A stretch of DNA of 63,384 bases, the filler included, from Licmophora abbreviata (taxonomy: Eukaryota): NCBI GenBank assembly GCA_900291995.1. It is 10 parts of 10 records of this genome, joined end to end, with 100 filler letters (N's around TTAATTAATTAA, not from the genome) between each part and the next. Parts side by side here need not be neighbours in the genome. Positions count along the whole stretch, not along the records: positions 14,055 to 25,138 come from OLMU01002663.1; positions 25,239 to 34,477 come from OLMU01002664.1; positions 34,578 to 42,404 come from OLMU01002665.1; 7 more parts are not named here. The stretch is one strand, 5' to 3'. This document shows positions 23,501-35,397 of this stretch, in pieces. Under the pieces are notes generated by a model that had not been told where the DNA came from, made no database searches, and saw nothing but the letters and a program-made list of their open reading frames with translations. The translations under genes were made by a program, and so were the position numbers. Numbering within the stretch: the first letter of the stretch is position 1; each line of letters opens with the position of its first letter.

Positions 23501-26500
23501 CGATTGACTGACCCTCATGCTCGTTCATTTCGTATGCCACTTGCGTACTGGTGACAAGGGCATCTGCTGCGTCCCATCCACGTTTGAAAAATGCACTTGC
23601 TGTTGATCCCCATTCCTGTAACACCTTGGGACTCAGATGCTCACCACCAGAGTTCTGTGACAGAGCCTCCTCTTCTCGATAAAGATTTAAACTGGAAATA
23701 CAGAGTAGCGACGATCGTAGACCGGAATGCCAAAGCGAATCGAGGGCGTCGACCGTTTGCTGAGTATACGCAAGATCTCCACACTCATCGCCTGAGGACG
23801 GAGTCAATGCAACTTCAACACAGCGATTTCGCATCGCACGTGACACCTCCCCAGAACGACCGTCCATTGACAGAAACAATCGGAAACTCGGGTGTGGCTT
23901 GACCACTCGATGACTTTTCTTGTTGAGATGAGAATCCAGAGCGCTACATTCAGTTAGCAGAAGTTCGCCACCCTTCTCCATAAGTGGGTTCAGTCTGTCT
24001 AACACAGCCGAAGGGCAGTAATTGGCGTTCTCCAGATGCAGCCAGTGTCCATCGGTCATCGCAGTTACCAATACCCCATCAACCCAATGAAAGTGGCTTG
24101 ACTCGCTATCACCCCGTTGAAGAACCCGCAGGCTTTGCTCCACACTTTGCACCAATTGCTCGGCCACGTTCCTGAAACTGTCACAAGACAACATGGATTT
24201 ACGGTATAGCCGTAAAAGCTCCTGACTCTGCGTTAAGATATCGAGGCTGGCGTTGTCACCACTCCCGAAATTATGAAATAATCCAGCTATAACTTGAAGG
24301 GCCAAGGAACCTTCATCCGTATGGACCAAGTAAAGACACGCAGCTTCAAACAGCATCTTCAAATTCCTTCGAATACTTGTTGCCTGACCGTCAGAGTCTG
24401 ACTGCTCGAACGTTCCTACCAGCTCGTTGACGTCAGAAGCCGGAGTGAGGGAAACTGTTACGAGACAGGCGTTGCAAATCTCCGCCAACGAATTCACGAT
24501 AGAAGACTTTCCGGTCCCTGACGAGCCGACAAGCAAACAGGGCCATCTCATTTTGATGCATCGGCCAACTGACTCCATGGGGCTCAGCAGAGATCGGAAA
24601 ATTGCCGAGTCTCCGCCAACTATGCAATTCACTATGGCATCCTTGGAGAGATGGCGCTCGAGACAGACATCACCAATCTGGATATGCTCGCCCGTGATCG
24701 CAAACACTATAGGTTTTCGTGACGAAAGCGATCTGTTGAAACACCGTTCATAGCAGAGGCTCAACATGCGTCTGTCATCGAGTGTCCTAAACCGTTGAAG
24801 GAAAAGAGTACGGGCCGCACAATCAATATGATCGTCTGTCAATGGGTCTTCGTTCGCTTCAAGCAGTTCGCACCAACGGAAAATGTCCCGAAGGTTAAAC
24901 TCCCACGGCGAGCCACTTTCTCCGAATTCAAGCTTCTCAACAACACTGCGATGGACAACGTCATTAAAAACAACCATCGCGTCCCTCACTGCCGTCGGCA
25001 ATGACGGAAACCGACCAGACAGAATGGTACGCATATCCTTCTCTGTGAGCATTTCAACGTAAACTTTCGTAAATCGATTAAGAAATGACTTGGGCAGTCC
25101 TTTTCTTCCACCTCCCTGCGATAATGGGTTCTGAGCAGNNNNNNNNNNNNNNNNNNNNNNNNNNNNNNNNNNNNNNNNNNNNTTAATTAATTAANNNNNN
25201 NNNNNNNNNNNNNNNNNNNNNNNNNNNNNNNNNNNNNNGATGATCCAGAACGCTGTTGAGGCCCTCGAGTACAGATTGGTTGGCAAGATTTAGCTCATCC
25301 AGAAGAACCCAGTCCCCACGTCTAATAGCTTGCAAGAGGACTCCATCGCACCACTGGAAGGCCGCGCCAGACGCCAAGTTCCGATCGCTCTCCGCTGAAT
25401 CCTCCAATTGTGGAGGGACAGGCAGGTCGCTCCCCATTAAATCTGATATGTCAGTCTGCTCCGACAAATTGATTCTAACAAGACTGTTTCCGGAAGCCGC
25501 TGCAAGCGCGGAAATAAGAGACGTTTTCCCAACACCGGGACTCCCTTCAAGCAGTATAGGCTTTGGTATTTGCATAGCTCGAAGCACTCTGGAAAGATTC
25601 AAAGCTGTTGTTGGGGCGTCGAAATTGAAGGCAGCATCTGGCATGGGGTAGGGGCCCGCGGGGATTGTGAAGGGATGAAGACCAAACTTGTCGCCTGAGA
25701 TGAAGCGACTTGAGATTACATTCGTCAATATCGACACACACGTGGATTTATACTCAAGTGGAATGCCTTCGAGTAAAGAGGCCGTAGCAACTTCTTTGGT
25801 CGCTCGTACATCATCCAGTGATAAGCCTGTGCCGAGACCCAATCCATCCAAATGCATTAGACAGGCGCCATGGCAGTACGCTTCCCAAACGTTCAGCTCA
25901 TCACAACTTCTGCGAACATCCACAATAAACCTGGTCCAGGCGAGGACATCACGAAGCGACAGCGCAAGGGCAGCGCAGGGGCTCGATGAATGACCGCAAA
26001 CTTCAAAATTGAACCAACTCACGTACTTCAAAATCAAGTCACGCATTTTTCCGTTTGTTGCAACGCTGGTTTCGTCGGCCAGCGACTCCTTCAATACCAA
26101 TGCAATGTCAGACGGATCAGTCACAGGGGGGACCCAAATTTCAGTGAAACGGCTACGAAGGGCTGGGCTGAGTTCACGCTTGCCGAAGTCTCCCCCCGGA
26201 TTCATTGTCGCAAGTATTCTGAAGTTCTCATGACCAATGACAACGTGGCCCATCTTATCATTAGAGCTTGCTCCAACTGTCGCATCACCCCTCTCTGCTA
26301 GCACAATTTTTCGAGATGGCTCTAGAACAGAGTTCAGCCTTTCCAAAACGGCGTCTTCGGCGAGACTAATTTCATCAAGTAGCAACACATCCCCACTGCG
26401 CATCGCCGTAACAAGTGGGCCGTCAGTCCACACAAAAAGGGAGGAGTGCCGCCTAGCTAGCTCTTCGATGCCTAAAACCAGTTGCTCCATGCGCCGTTTA

Positions 26501-29500
26501 CTCGTTTGCTCCAAGAGAGCAGACACTTGGTCCTCTTCTAGCTTCTGTCGCTTGGGAGAGGGAGCCGCATCTCCCTTGAGCTCCTGCCATAACCTTTTCA
26601 CGAGCTGGACCATGATCTCGACACAATTTGCAGGAAGGTCATCGGTGAAAGAATCGCATAGAAAAGGCGGAACAGTCTCCAAGGCGATGAACTCGCTAGG
26701 AGCGAGCTGGAGAACTTGACGTGACATTCGGCACATCTGTTTCTGTATTTCGCTTCGTCCTCGAACTGGACGCAGTCCACCGATCAAGTCCGAAGCTTCT
26801 GTGGTGGCATGACAATTCACGAGGTGGAGTTGCCTCTTCATCAAGATTCCAATGAGCTGAACTACTGTTGTCTTGCCACATCCAGTATCTGAGCAAAAGA
26901 AACAAATCTTAGTGTCCAGGCGTCATAATCTCAAGCAAATTCGGCACAACAATTCCTGACGACTGACCTCCAACCAGAAGTACTGGTTCCTTTTGCTCGA
27001 TACACCTCATAACTAAGGCAATCAGCCGAAGTATCGACCTTGTCGGTGCTATGGCCTTTGCGGAAAACGTCGTGTCTATTCCCTGCTTTTCAGAGTCAGC
27101 AAAATTGCCGAGAACCATTCGGCCCACCGATGAATCTCCATAGTATAGATGCTCTAAATCGATCTTTACTCTCAGGCGAGCCTCAATCTCTTCGAGAATG
27201 ACACGCCTCTCGTCACTTTTTCTCAATCTTTCGGCAAGGAGCATGTAGCCTTCCACAGCGAGTTCCATTTTCGAAGAGGATCCTCGTTGAGCCCATCGTA
27301 GAAGATCACGAGGGGTTATTAGCCCATCCTTTCCTAAAAAGACACCAGTCTTGGATCGCCTTAGTTGTAGCGCCACCATTATGTCCACAAGACTCTGTGC
27401 ATGACTTCGAGGACAACCACATCGACGCTCCAGAATTGTAAACATCTCTCCCGCGGGGATATCGCCAACGTGAAGTTCAACAAACCGGTTCCGAAATGCT
27501 CGAGAGAGCGGTTTTCTACCTCCGTATGCCCCAGAGGGATTTTGTGTCGCGAACAGACGGAAGTTTGGGTGGGGTCTAACAGTTTCGTTGACTTCAGGCA
27601 AATAAAGCTCTCTATTGTCGTCGAGCAAGCGATTGAGAGCCTCTAAGACTTCGCTCGGTGCTAGGTTCAACTCATCGAGGATCACCCAATGTCCGTGCCT
27701 AAGCGCCTGGACCAGAATGCCATCTCGGAAAGCGAGGGAGCCGTTGGCGTCGGCCGTGTAGGATCCGGTGTACTCCTGAACGTCTAGGTAATTATACAAA
27801 GCGTTGATAACATGAAATCAGTCAGGACCATTGAAATCTCGTATTTGCAAACATAAATGTATCCCTCACCTGTATGCTCATGGTTGTTTATACGGACGAC
27901 TGTGTGCCCACATCTAGCTGCAAGGTATTCAACGATAGTAGTCTTTCCTGAGGAAGTCGGGCCTTCGAGGAGAACCGGCCATGGCCCCGCTGCAACTGCT
28001 CGAGCTAGTCTTCGCAGGTGAACCGAAACCGAGGGTGTAAGAATGAAGGTAGGTCGTCCTGACCCACTTTCCTTCGACCAATCCATCGGATCATGCGGCC
28101 CAGCTGTAATCCAAAAAGGTTTGACAAGCACGACACCGTCACTGGCTGTGGGACCATTAGGTCGACGTAACGGATAATCGCGGTCTTTCTGGTTAACGCG
28201 AGTACCGAGATCCTCCTGAAGTAGGGCATTCAGTGATTTGCTGGAAGCAATGTCAAGGGCGCCCTCGAAGGCGAGCTCGAAGCCTTCCAAGATGGCTCGA
28301 CTCAGGGGCATACCTTGAGTGGTGCTCAGATACTTTGCAGCACTTAAGGCTCTGCAGAAGGTACGCATTGTATATCTCGGTTTATGCCCCGCAGCATCGA
28401 CCAATACCTTGTCAGCCAGGTTTCGACAATGAAGATATACATCCACACAACGAGCAACGGCCTCATTTTGCGCGAGAGCTCCGTCGCTACTCGTCGAAAC
28501 TCCATTTAGATACTGAGCACCAACAGTTCGTAATTCGACAGAGTCAAGCAGTTCTTTTACGTATATTTCCGTGAATCGAGATCTGATGCTTGGCGGGAGA
28601 TCCTTTTTTCCAGCATCAGTTGCTGGATTCATCGCCGCGAACAGGCGAAAGTCCGGATGTCTCTCTATCGCGTCAGAGTCTCCTCGCTCGGTGAGAGTCA
28701 CACTACCCGTTGTATTGTCAAGTAGGCCGCACAGCCTCTGCAGTGTCTCTGACGAGGCGAGATTAATTTCGTCCAAAAGAACCCTATGTAATACACGCGA
28801 CAGTACACGCGACAAGGTTAGGACAGTGCAAAAAGCTCATGCAACCACGAGAGAGTCTGTAGCATACCATTTTCCAGTTCGAATCGCGTCCACAAGTGCC
28901 CCTTCGGTGAAGGCAAATGCCAACCCTGAATCATACGCCCGCCGTTGCCTTTCAAACTTCAAAGCTGAGGCAGAAAAGGCGTTCCATGAATCTAAAGTTG
29001 GGAAGCTGGATCCTACCGATGGTTCGCTCTGGCTGTGCTTCTTGACCTGTTTATTCAAAATGTCAGACGATTGTTTACTCACCAATAATGTCAACGTGAT
29101 AAACCCAGCTAGCATTGCTTACCTTCTTGACACCAAGCTGCGCTGCACGCTGAAAACATTTCGACAATTTTTTCCAGCTTCCCTTCGTGTGAACAGATGA
29201 GACATAGTTCAGAAAGTCAAGGTTCTGTGTACGGGAAAATGTCGAAACAAACAAGTCGACGAAATCCATGTATATCCGACGGGCAACATACTTGAGCTCC
29301 AGCGGACGATACCCTCCAAGCAAATCCGTCGAATCAGTTTGGAGCGAAACATTTTGCACGACAAGTTCTCGGCTGCTACAGCGAGCTAAGTGTTGCAGGA
29401 GCGAGGTTTTCCCACAGCCAGTCTCACCGACAAGCAATGTCGCCTCGTTCTCCGAGATGCAGACGGCAACCGACTCCATCAGTCGCAACGAAAAGCTAGT

Positions 29501-31774
29501 CTGAGCAAAACTGGTGGACACCGACAAACCCTGAGACGACGACACTGATGACGAAGAGTTCGTTATTTTCGCACGCCCGATCTCCGTATAGTTTTCGCCT
29601 CGTGCTACTGACGGGCACCGTGAATAAGCGTATCGCAGAGCCAGATCTCCTGAAATCCCCCAAATCGGAGCTGCAAGCATCACGATAAACTCTCTCCGCT
29701 GATCGTCGAAGGGACACGAAGCTGCGAAGATGTCAACACATTCGGCGAGACACATCGTACGCTGGGATTCAGTGGCATACGTAGAACCCGACTCGAATTG
29801 AACGGCGCGATGTATGCGAGAGAGAACTTTCAGGAAGTCGCGAACGGATGCAGGGCGACCAGTTCCTATCCGGAAGCTCTCCGTCGGAGTCGTTTCAGAG
29901 AAAGTGTGAGCAGAACAGTCGTCTGATTGAATGGGCTCTTTCTCGGTCCCCCGAGTACGGCCACTTTGGTCCAACGCGCTAAAAATGCTTAACGAAGAGT
30001 CGACCACAGACGCAGGAAGGTTCGGGTGTAGTTTGCACGCCAATCCTTTTAGTTCGACAAAAGTCAGGGGTTCGACGTGAATCTTGCGCCATAGTGAGGG
30101 GCTAACAATCCTACTTCCGGCTAGGGGACTCATCGACATCCGAAGGGGACGCTTGTTCATTTCGTTCCCGTTGTGACTTGATTCCATTGTGGTAGTGCAA
30201 GTTCCAAAGAGACGAAAATTCGGGTGACAGCGCTCCACTTTTCCACCAGCGAGCGGAAGAAGTCGGTTCTCGAACAGCTGTACAAGCGCTGCCTGAATCT
30301 CGACCGGGACCGTGTCGATGTCTTCCATTAACACCCACTGTCCAACCCGAACCGCTCGTGTCAGAGCCCCTGGCTTCCAACGAAATTCACCGGGGATGTC
30401 CGTTGTCGTGTAAGATCCTATCAGAGTCTTGCTATCAGTCTCTTCGTCCATATGCAGTTCTAGCAGTTCGTCTGATGGGACACAGAGGTGGGCCATTTCG
30501 CGAACTAGTGACGACTTCCCGGAGCCATGTGGACCGCATACCAAGATAGACGATGGTGTAGGATCAGAGGACAGTGCGGCCCCAAGTAGTGACAGGTTGC
30601 GAGCTGTTGTCGGCGTCAAGATAAGTCGCTGCCTTTGCTCAGCCAGTCCTCCAAGTCTGTTGCGTCGATCGCTTTGACGTGCCTCACGAAGGGGAGACAT
30701 CTTGCATAAGACAACACCTCGGCCTATGTCAACCAACGCTGAGTGTACTGGAACACATCTTCGTATTTCTTCTGACGACGGCAACCGAACAACGTCCTTC
30801 TTATGGACGAGGGCCGCTTCTCCGTTTAAGTATGCACGCTGAGATTTCTCTGTCTCGTCCTCAAGAATCCAGGGATGAGGGATCCACGGAACCCTGGTAT
30901 CCTTCACTCCAAGACTCTCCAAGAAATTTCCAAACTCCAAAGGACGCAAACCGAGCAGAAATCCAATGGCTCGTGCTGCATGCCATCTGGTGCCTTCACA
31001 GACGTTGAACGGCATCTGCTCTGCGTCGTTCGCGTCGTCGACACCCATCATTTCGACGTCATCATCGTTTCGTCTTTGAGTTACGAGAGGAAATAAAGAC
31101 CCCCAACTCCACCACTTCTTCATGGTTCCATAGTCACCCTGCTTGCCAAAGTGTTCGTATGTTCTGTGTGCGGCCTCGGTAAGAACGTATTTGAAAGCCT
31201 CGGGCAGAGAGTCCATTGAATCAAACGGGCAAGGAACCATTCCAAAAAAGTCGCCCACCAATGGATTCAGCTGTGGTGCAACTGGGATCCAAGTTGCGAA
31301 CAGTACAAACGCGCATCTAGATGTTTCCAGTGTTGGTTTGTCCCCATATACCACAGAGGTACAAACATGTGCACCAACATCGAGGGCGATAGGCGCCATC
31401 GCACGACAGATGGCACGAAGAACATCGGTCCTGCATTTCTTCCAGTCTCGAAATCCTCGACAACTGTCGGGTTGTTCGAGGGATTCAGAGAGTGCCCCTA
31501 GAGAATCTTCATGGTCGTCATCGTCAATAAGGGATTTCAATGATGCCGGCAACGGGGACGCCATCAAGGACGGATCAGCAGCCTCAAGAAGCTTCCCGGC
31601 GACATACTGAACCAACTGCTCTTCGCTCGTTTGAGAAAATCGTGGTGGAGCTTCTGGGATATCGGTCTGATGACTTCGAAGGCACAACGCAGAAACGGCA
31701 CCCAGAATTCGGAGCAAATAGGATCGACAGAGATCCTGGCATTCGGATTCGCTCAGGTCAACTCTTCCACCCAT
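14530..31774 (-). CDS. MDN1: Midasin (Rea1), AAA+ ATPase of 60S maturation, about 5,600 aa
   Basis: Six Walker A motifs (GPHGSGKS, GETGCGKT, GPTSSGKT, GDTGCGKT, GSPGVGKT, GSSGTGKS), long linker, D/E-rich tail and MIDAS (LRGDYRTGKRINMKRVISYIASGYRKDKIWLRRTKP, AVDDSES). Exons 31774-29123, 29046-28868, 28783-27870, 27783-26968, 26888-[gap]-14530. A 1-nt frameshift lies at the A7 run 14854-14860. Confidence 0.97.
25139..25238. other. Artificial scaffold spacer inside MDN1 AAA5 (about 20 codons probably missing)
   Basis: Protein reads ..LNSVLDH [gap] AAQNPLSQGGGRKGLPKSFLNRF. The other AAA modules have ~20 residues between these motifs. Confidence 0.95.
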
Positions 31775-32409
31775 ATTTTCCAGTACAGCTCAGTCGTATG
31801 GTGCTTGAGCAATAGTAAGGCGCACTAAAGCCTCTTTCGTCCGAGTCTGTCGGTTCCAAGGTCGCAAACTCTGGGATTCGTGGACTAAAGAACATTAATG
31901 AGAGAGGATGGGCTCCCCAGATTTGAAATTGGCTTTCCCGCAAAATCAATGGCGGGGAGGACATTCGAACTACCTAGCAGGTTTGAAGTAGCAATTTGAC
32001 CAAAGCAACTGGTATGCAGTCAGCACGAAGTATTGGACGATGGGAATTGGGATTTGTCCGCGCGGGAACCGGCGCCACGCAGACATCATGCCATGCAAGC
32101 AAGACTGTCCTCATATCCGCCCTCCTTACATTCTTTTCAACCGCCACCTCAACAATGGCAAGAGATGAAGACCGGAACCAACTACAGTACCAGGTAACAT
32201 GGAGCACCTGCATGGTCACGAAATGGGCAGCGCAAACCCTTCAGACATGTTCGCTCTACTAAATACCAGAGCACCTAAGTAAACCAACTCGCTTTGAGGG
32301 AGTTCGTGCTCTCCGGCACAGCGGGCTTCTTCTTTGACCAGTACATTAACCCATACACTTCCAAGAACACACTCAACGCCTCCCATGTGTCGCTGACAAA
32401 TATTTTTTC

Positions 32410-34347
32410 CTAAGAGGCGGCGCAGCATGTAGCGGCGGCGTCCTCCCTGTATGTATCGCACGCAAGAGTCGTGTTGGCGTTGATGTTGCTCGCCAATTCT
32501 ACATGGAAGCAAGTAGTAGTCTGCGCAAGCGTCGTAGAATTAACCACCCTGGCTGGGTCCGGGAGGAAAGCTTCATTGTTGTCTCCGCACAGGCGGCAAA
32601 ACTGTCGCCCGTCCTCTGGCTGCTCGCATCCACAGTACGCCCCGATGGCGAGACAGGCAGGGCAGAGCCGAGAGAAGACTCCGCTTGGATCTGCCGCACG
32701 AAGCGTGTAGGCAACCGCAGTAATGTCGCGGCAGCTGAGGCCTGGAACAATCTCCCGTTCCAACGCATCGGGTGGTGGGACGACACCACCCTGGCAGATG
32801 CGACAGAACCGATCAGTGGGCTCACAGCCACACACATCTTCGCCGAGATAGCTGGCGGAAAGACATTCAGCGAAACTGTTCGATCCGGCGTTGGAGATTT
32901 CATCTTGAAAGTCGCCGCAAGTGACTTGCCTGTTGTCGCGGACGAAGACGACGTTGCTTGCATTCGCCAAGGGTGGTTCCGTCACGTGGTCGGGGCAGAT
33001 CGTCGTGCAAAAGTTCGTGCAGCCGCAATCATAGGCAACTGTATCCTGAATCGTCCTGCACGCGGTTCGATTGAAAGTGCTTGCTTCCATCTCGAGACTG
33101 GCGCATGTTTGTTCGTATGCGCCAAGGTATTCAAAGGGGTTAGGAACACTACTGCCGTCGGGACAAACAGTGCAGATGGGAGATTCGCCATCTGTTACGA
33201 CTGGGGCAGAAGTAGGTGCCATAGTGGTGGAAGGGGAGGTGAGAGGCGAGGCGACATCAAAACGCGCCACTGTCTCGCTGGGAAGGACGAAACCGCCTGT
33301 AATCCGACTTGTAGGATCTCCGATGCCTTCTCCATAGTAAATATCGTAAAAGCCATCGACCAGACCGTCGTTGCCTAAATCAAGAATGGTGAGTTCGCAT
33401 TCATCTCCCTGCGTCACCGTGGCAACGTACTCGACGCGAAAGAAGCCAAGGGCTCCAGTGATGATAGCGTAGCTTCCGATAGGAACCTCTACGATTGTTT
33501 CGGCAGCACAGACGAGCGACCATCCAGTTTCATGGGGCTTTGAATCAAGCTGAATCACAACCGTAATCAGAGCAAGCGCGGTGGGAGCTGGACTTGACGT
33601 AGGCGCCATGGATTCGACCACCACCTTCGCATCGTCTCGCGTCGCAATAACAGCTCCGGTCGTCGCCCCTGCAGCAGCTAAGATCAACACAGCAAGCGCG
33701 ATGAACCAGCGACGCTTGTACCAGGGCCTTTCTTTTACAGCCTCCGCCAGCGGTGCGTTCTGCTGGTTCTCGGTCTGCAGCCTCTCCCTGATTTTGTTTT
33801 CTTCTGCTTCACTGTCAACGAGCACAGCATCGAGAAGGCTGTCGGACTGGAGAGTGGTGTTTGACATTGGATCTTCCTGAGACAAGTCCGTCACGGAGAC
33901 GACGTCCGTGTTCGACCCTTCAAACGCACCGCCTACTCGGACAGCCCCGGGGCCCTGCTCCTCTTCTCGGATGCCCTTCTGTCCCGTTTCGACAAACCCT
34001 TTCTCCATTTCGTCCGTCTGAGGAGGAAGTTTCGCAGAGTCCGCGGTAGGGGCTCCATCAGTCTTCGACATTGGATCGTCCTTAGGTGGGTCCTTAATGG
34101 CGACGCCGTCCTTGTTCGACCCTTCGATTCCACCACCTACTCGGACAGCCCCAGGGCCCTGCCCCTCTTCCTTGATCCCTTTCTGTGCCTTTTCAGCGAA
34201 TCCTTTCTCCATTTCGTCCGTCTGAGGAGGAAGTTTCGCAGAGTCGGCAGTAGGGACTTGATCGCCACCAGAATCCTGCTCGGACGATCCCACGAGGTTG
34301 CGCAGGCTGTACCGCACTGACTTCTTGTCGGAAAGGAGATGGCTCAT
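32410..34347 (-). CDS. Type II single-pass membrane protein with duplicated cytosolic N-terminal segment and Cys-rich ectodomain
   Basis: Intronless 645-aa ORF. KRRW precedes TM 'FIALAVLILAAAGATTGAVIA'. APTS linkers. Three complete and one partial CxxC...C...C...CGC modules. Confidence 0.8.
   Translation of the reverse strand: MSHLLSDKKSVRYSLRNLVGSSEQDSGGDQVPTADSAKLPPQTDEMEKGFAEKAQKGIKEEGQGPGAVRVGGGIEGSNKDGVAIKDPPKDDPMSKTDGAPTADSAKLPPQTDEMEKGFVETGQKGIREEEQGPGAVRVGGAFEGSNTDVVSVTDLSQEDPMSNTTLQSDSLLDAVLVDSEAEENKIRERLQTENQQNAPLAEAVKERPWYKRRWFIALAVLILAAAGATTGAVIATRDDAKVVVESMAPTSSPAPTALALITVVIQLDSKPHETGWSLVCAAETIVEVPIGSYAIITGALGFFRVEYVATVTQGDECELTILDLGNDGLVDGFYDIYYGEGIGDPTSRITGGFVLPSETVARFDVASPLTSPSTTMAPTSAPVVTDGESPICTVCPDGSSVPNPFEYLGAYEQTCASLEMEASTFNRTACRTIQDTVAYDCGCTNFCTTICPDHVTEPPLANASNVVFVRDNRQVTCGDFQDEISNAGSNSFAECLSASYLGEDVCGCEPTDRFCRICQGGVVPPPDALEREIVPGLSCRDITAVAYTLRAADPSGVFSRLCPACLAIGAYCGCEQPEDGRQFCRLCGDNNEAFLPDPARVVNSTTLAQTTTCFHVELASNINANTTLACDTYREDAAATCCAAS
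33863..34255 (-). repeat. Direct repeat, period 204 bp (68 aa), two copies (34255-34067 and 34051-33863)
   Basis: PTADSAKLPPQTDEMEKGF..QGPGAVRVGG..EGSN..DPMS appears twice, with long stretches of DNA identity. Confidence 0.93.
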
Positions 34348-34477
34348 GGTGATTCTGAAGTTGCTATACGCTGAATTGAATCGACAAGGCGTTCTTCACT
34401 GTAAAGATCCTTCTCGTTATGATCTTGGGGTGACTTCTTTTGCTCCAGCTGCAGAGCATTCCGTCGGATCAAGTAAG

Positions 34478-34577
34478 NNNNNNNNNNNNNNNNNNNNNNN
34501 NNNNNNNNNNNNNNNNNNNNNTTAATTAATTAANNNNNNNNNNNNNNNNNNNNNNNNNNNNNNNNNNNNNNNNNNNN
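34478..34577. other. Artificial scaffold spacer
   Basis: N44-TTAATTAATTAA-N44. Confidence 0.98.
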
Positions 34578-34582
34578 GAGCT

Positions 34583-35092
34583 CTAACAACCCGCCCTTAC
34601 CATGGACATCCATCGATCCACCACCGCTGTATCGTCTCCATCTCCCATGGAATGTTCCGCTCCACCAGTAGTAATAATACTCCCCGTGACACGATTCAAG
34701 ACAATCAGCGTCGGAAGACCATGTTTCCGGTCGTCTGCCTCCATACCCAAAGCCGCGACCTCCTTGGCCCCACACGCTTGAAAGTGACGCTTCAAGTCAG
34801 AACGTTCTTCTTGATTCTCAAATGGTACAAAGTCAAAGGATGACGGTGAATATTCGTTCATTTGTTCGGCGCTATAATCTGAAGAAACATAGACCACCTG
34901 AATCCGATCCGCATTCGCAGCTGCAAGTTTGGAAAGTGCCTTGGTCGCTGGCTCTGAGTCATCGCACCATGCCGCTGCGAAATAAATTCCCAGCAACGGG
35001 ACAGACGAGTTATTCAAAGGACGTGCTAGTGATGGAAACCGAGCCGAAAGAGCACCGGCAGAGAGCACGTTGCCCGACGCCATGGCAGTCAT
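34583..35092 (-). CDS. Nucleoredoxin/tryparedoxin-like thioredoxin-fold protein, atypical WCDDS site
   Basis: Motifs LLGIYFAAAWCDDS, IQVVYVSSD, VPF, GLPTLIVL..G.IIT..G. The C-terminus abuts a gap and could be spliced (ATG|GTAAGG). Confidence 0.82.
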   Translation of the reverse strand: MTAMASGNVLSAGALSARFPSLARPLNNSSVPLLGIYFAAAWCDDSEPATKALSKLAAANADRIQVVYVSSDYSAEQMNEYSPSSFDFVPFENQEERSDLKRHFQACGAKEVAALGMEADDRKHGLPTLIVLNRVTGSIITTGGAEHSMGDGDDTAVVDRWMSMVRAGC

Positions 35093-35397
35093 AATGTGTG
35101 TCCGCAGCCACCCTTTTGAACAATGTCCGAGAAATAAATGTGAGGCGCGATGATAAGGCTGATATCATACCGGTAGGACGGACAGATTGACGAGGACACG
35201 TACAGACGGCTAGAAGAGCCAGCCGAGCTGTCCGAGCACGATGTGCCATGCAAGATGCAAACACTCACACTTTGTCGTAGATCTCCTGTAGTCAAACCAC
35301 CTCTTGTACGAATGTCTAATCTAAAGTTTACTAAAGAGACTAATAAGTAGAAATATGCCATGGTATTGTGAAAGCATGATGAATAGGTCATCCTTTT

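Noticed and set aside
34950..34972. Possible selenoprotein relic (Ser codon TCA one change from TGA in WCDDS)
   Set aside because: No in-frame TGA and no recognisable SECIS (the 3' flank is in a gap); Cys-to-Ser explains it equally well.
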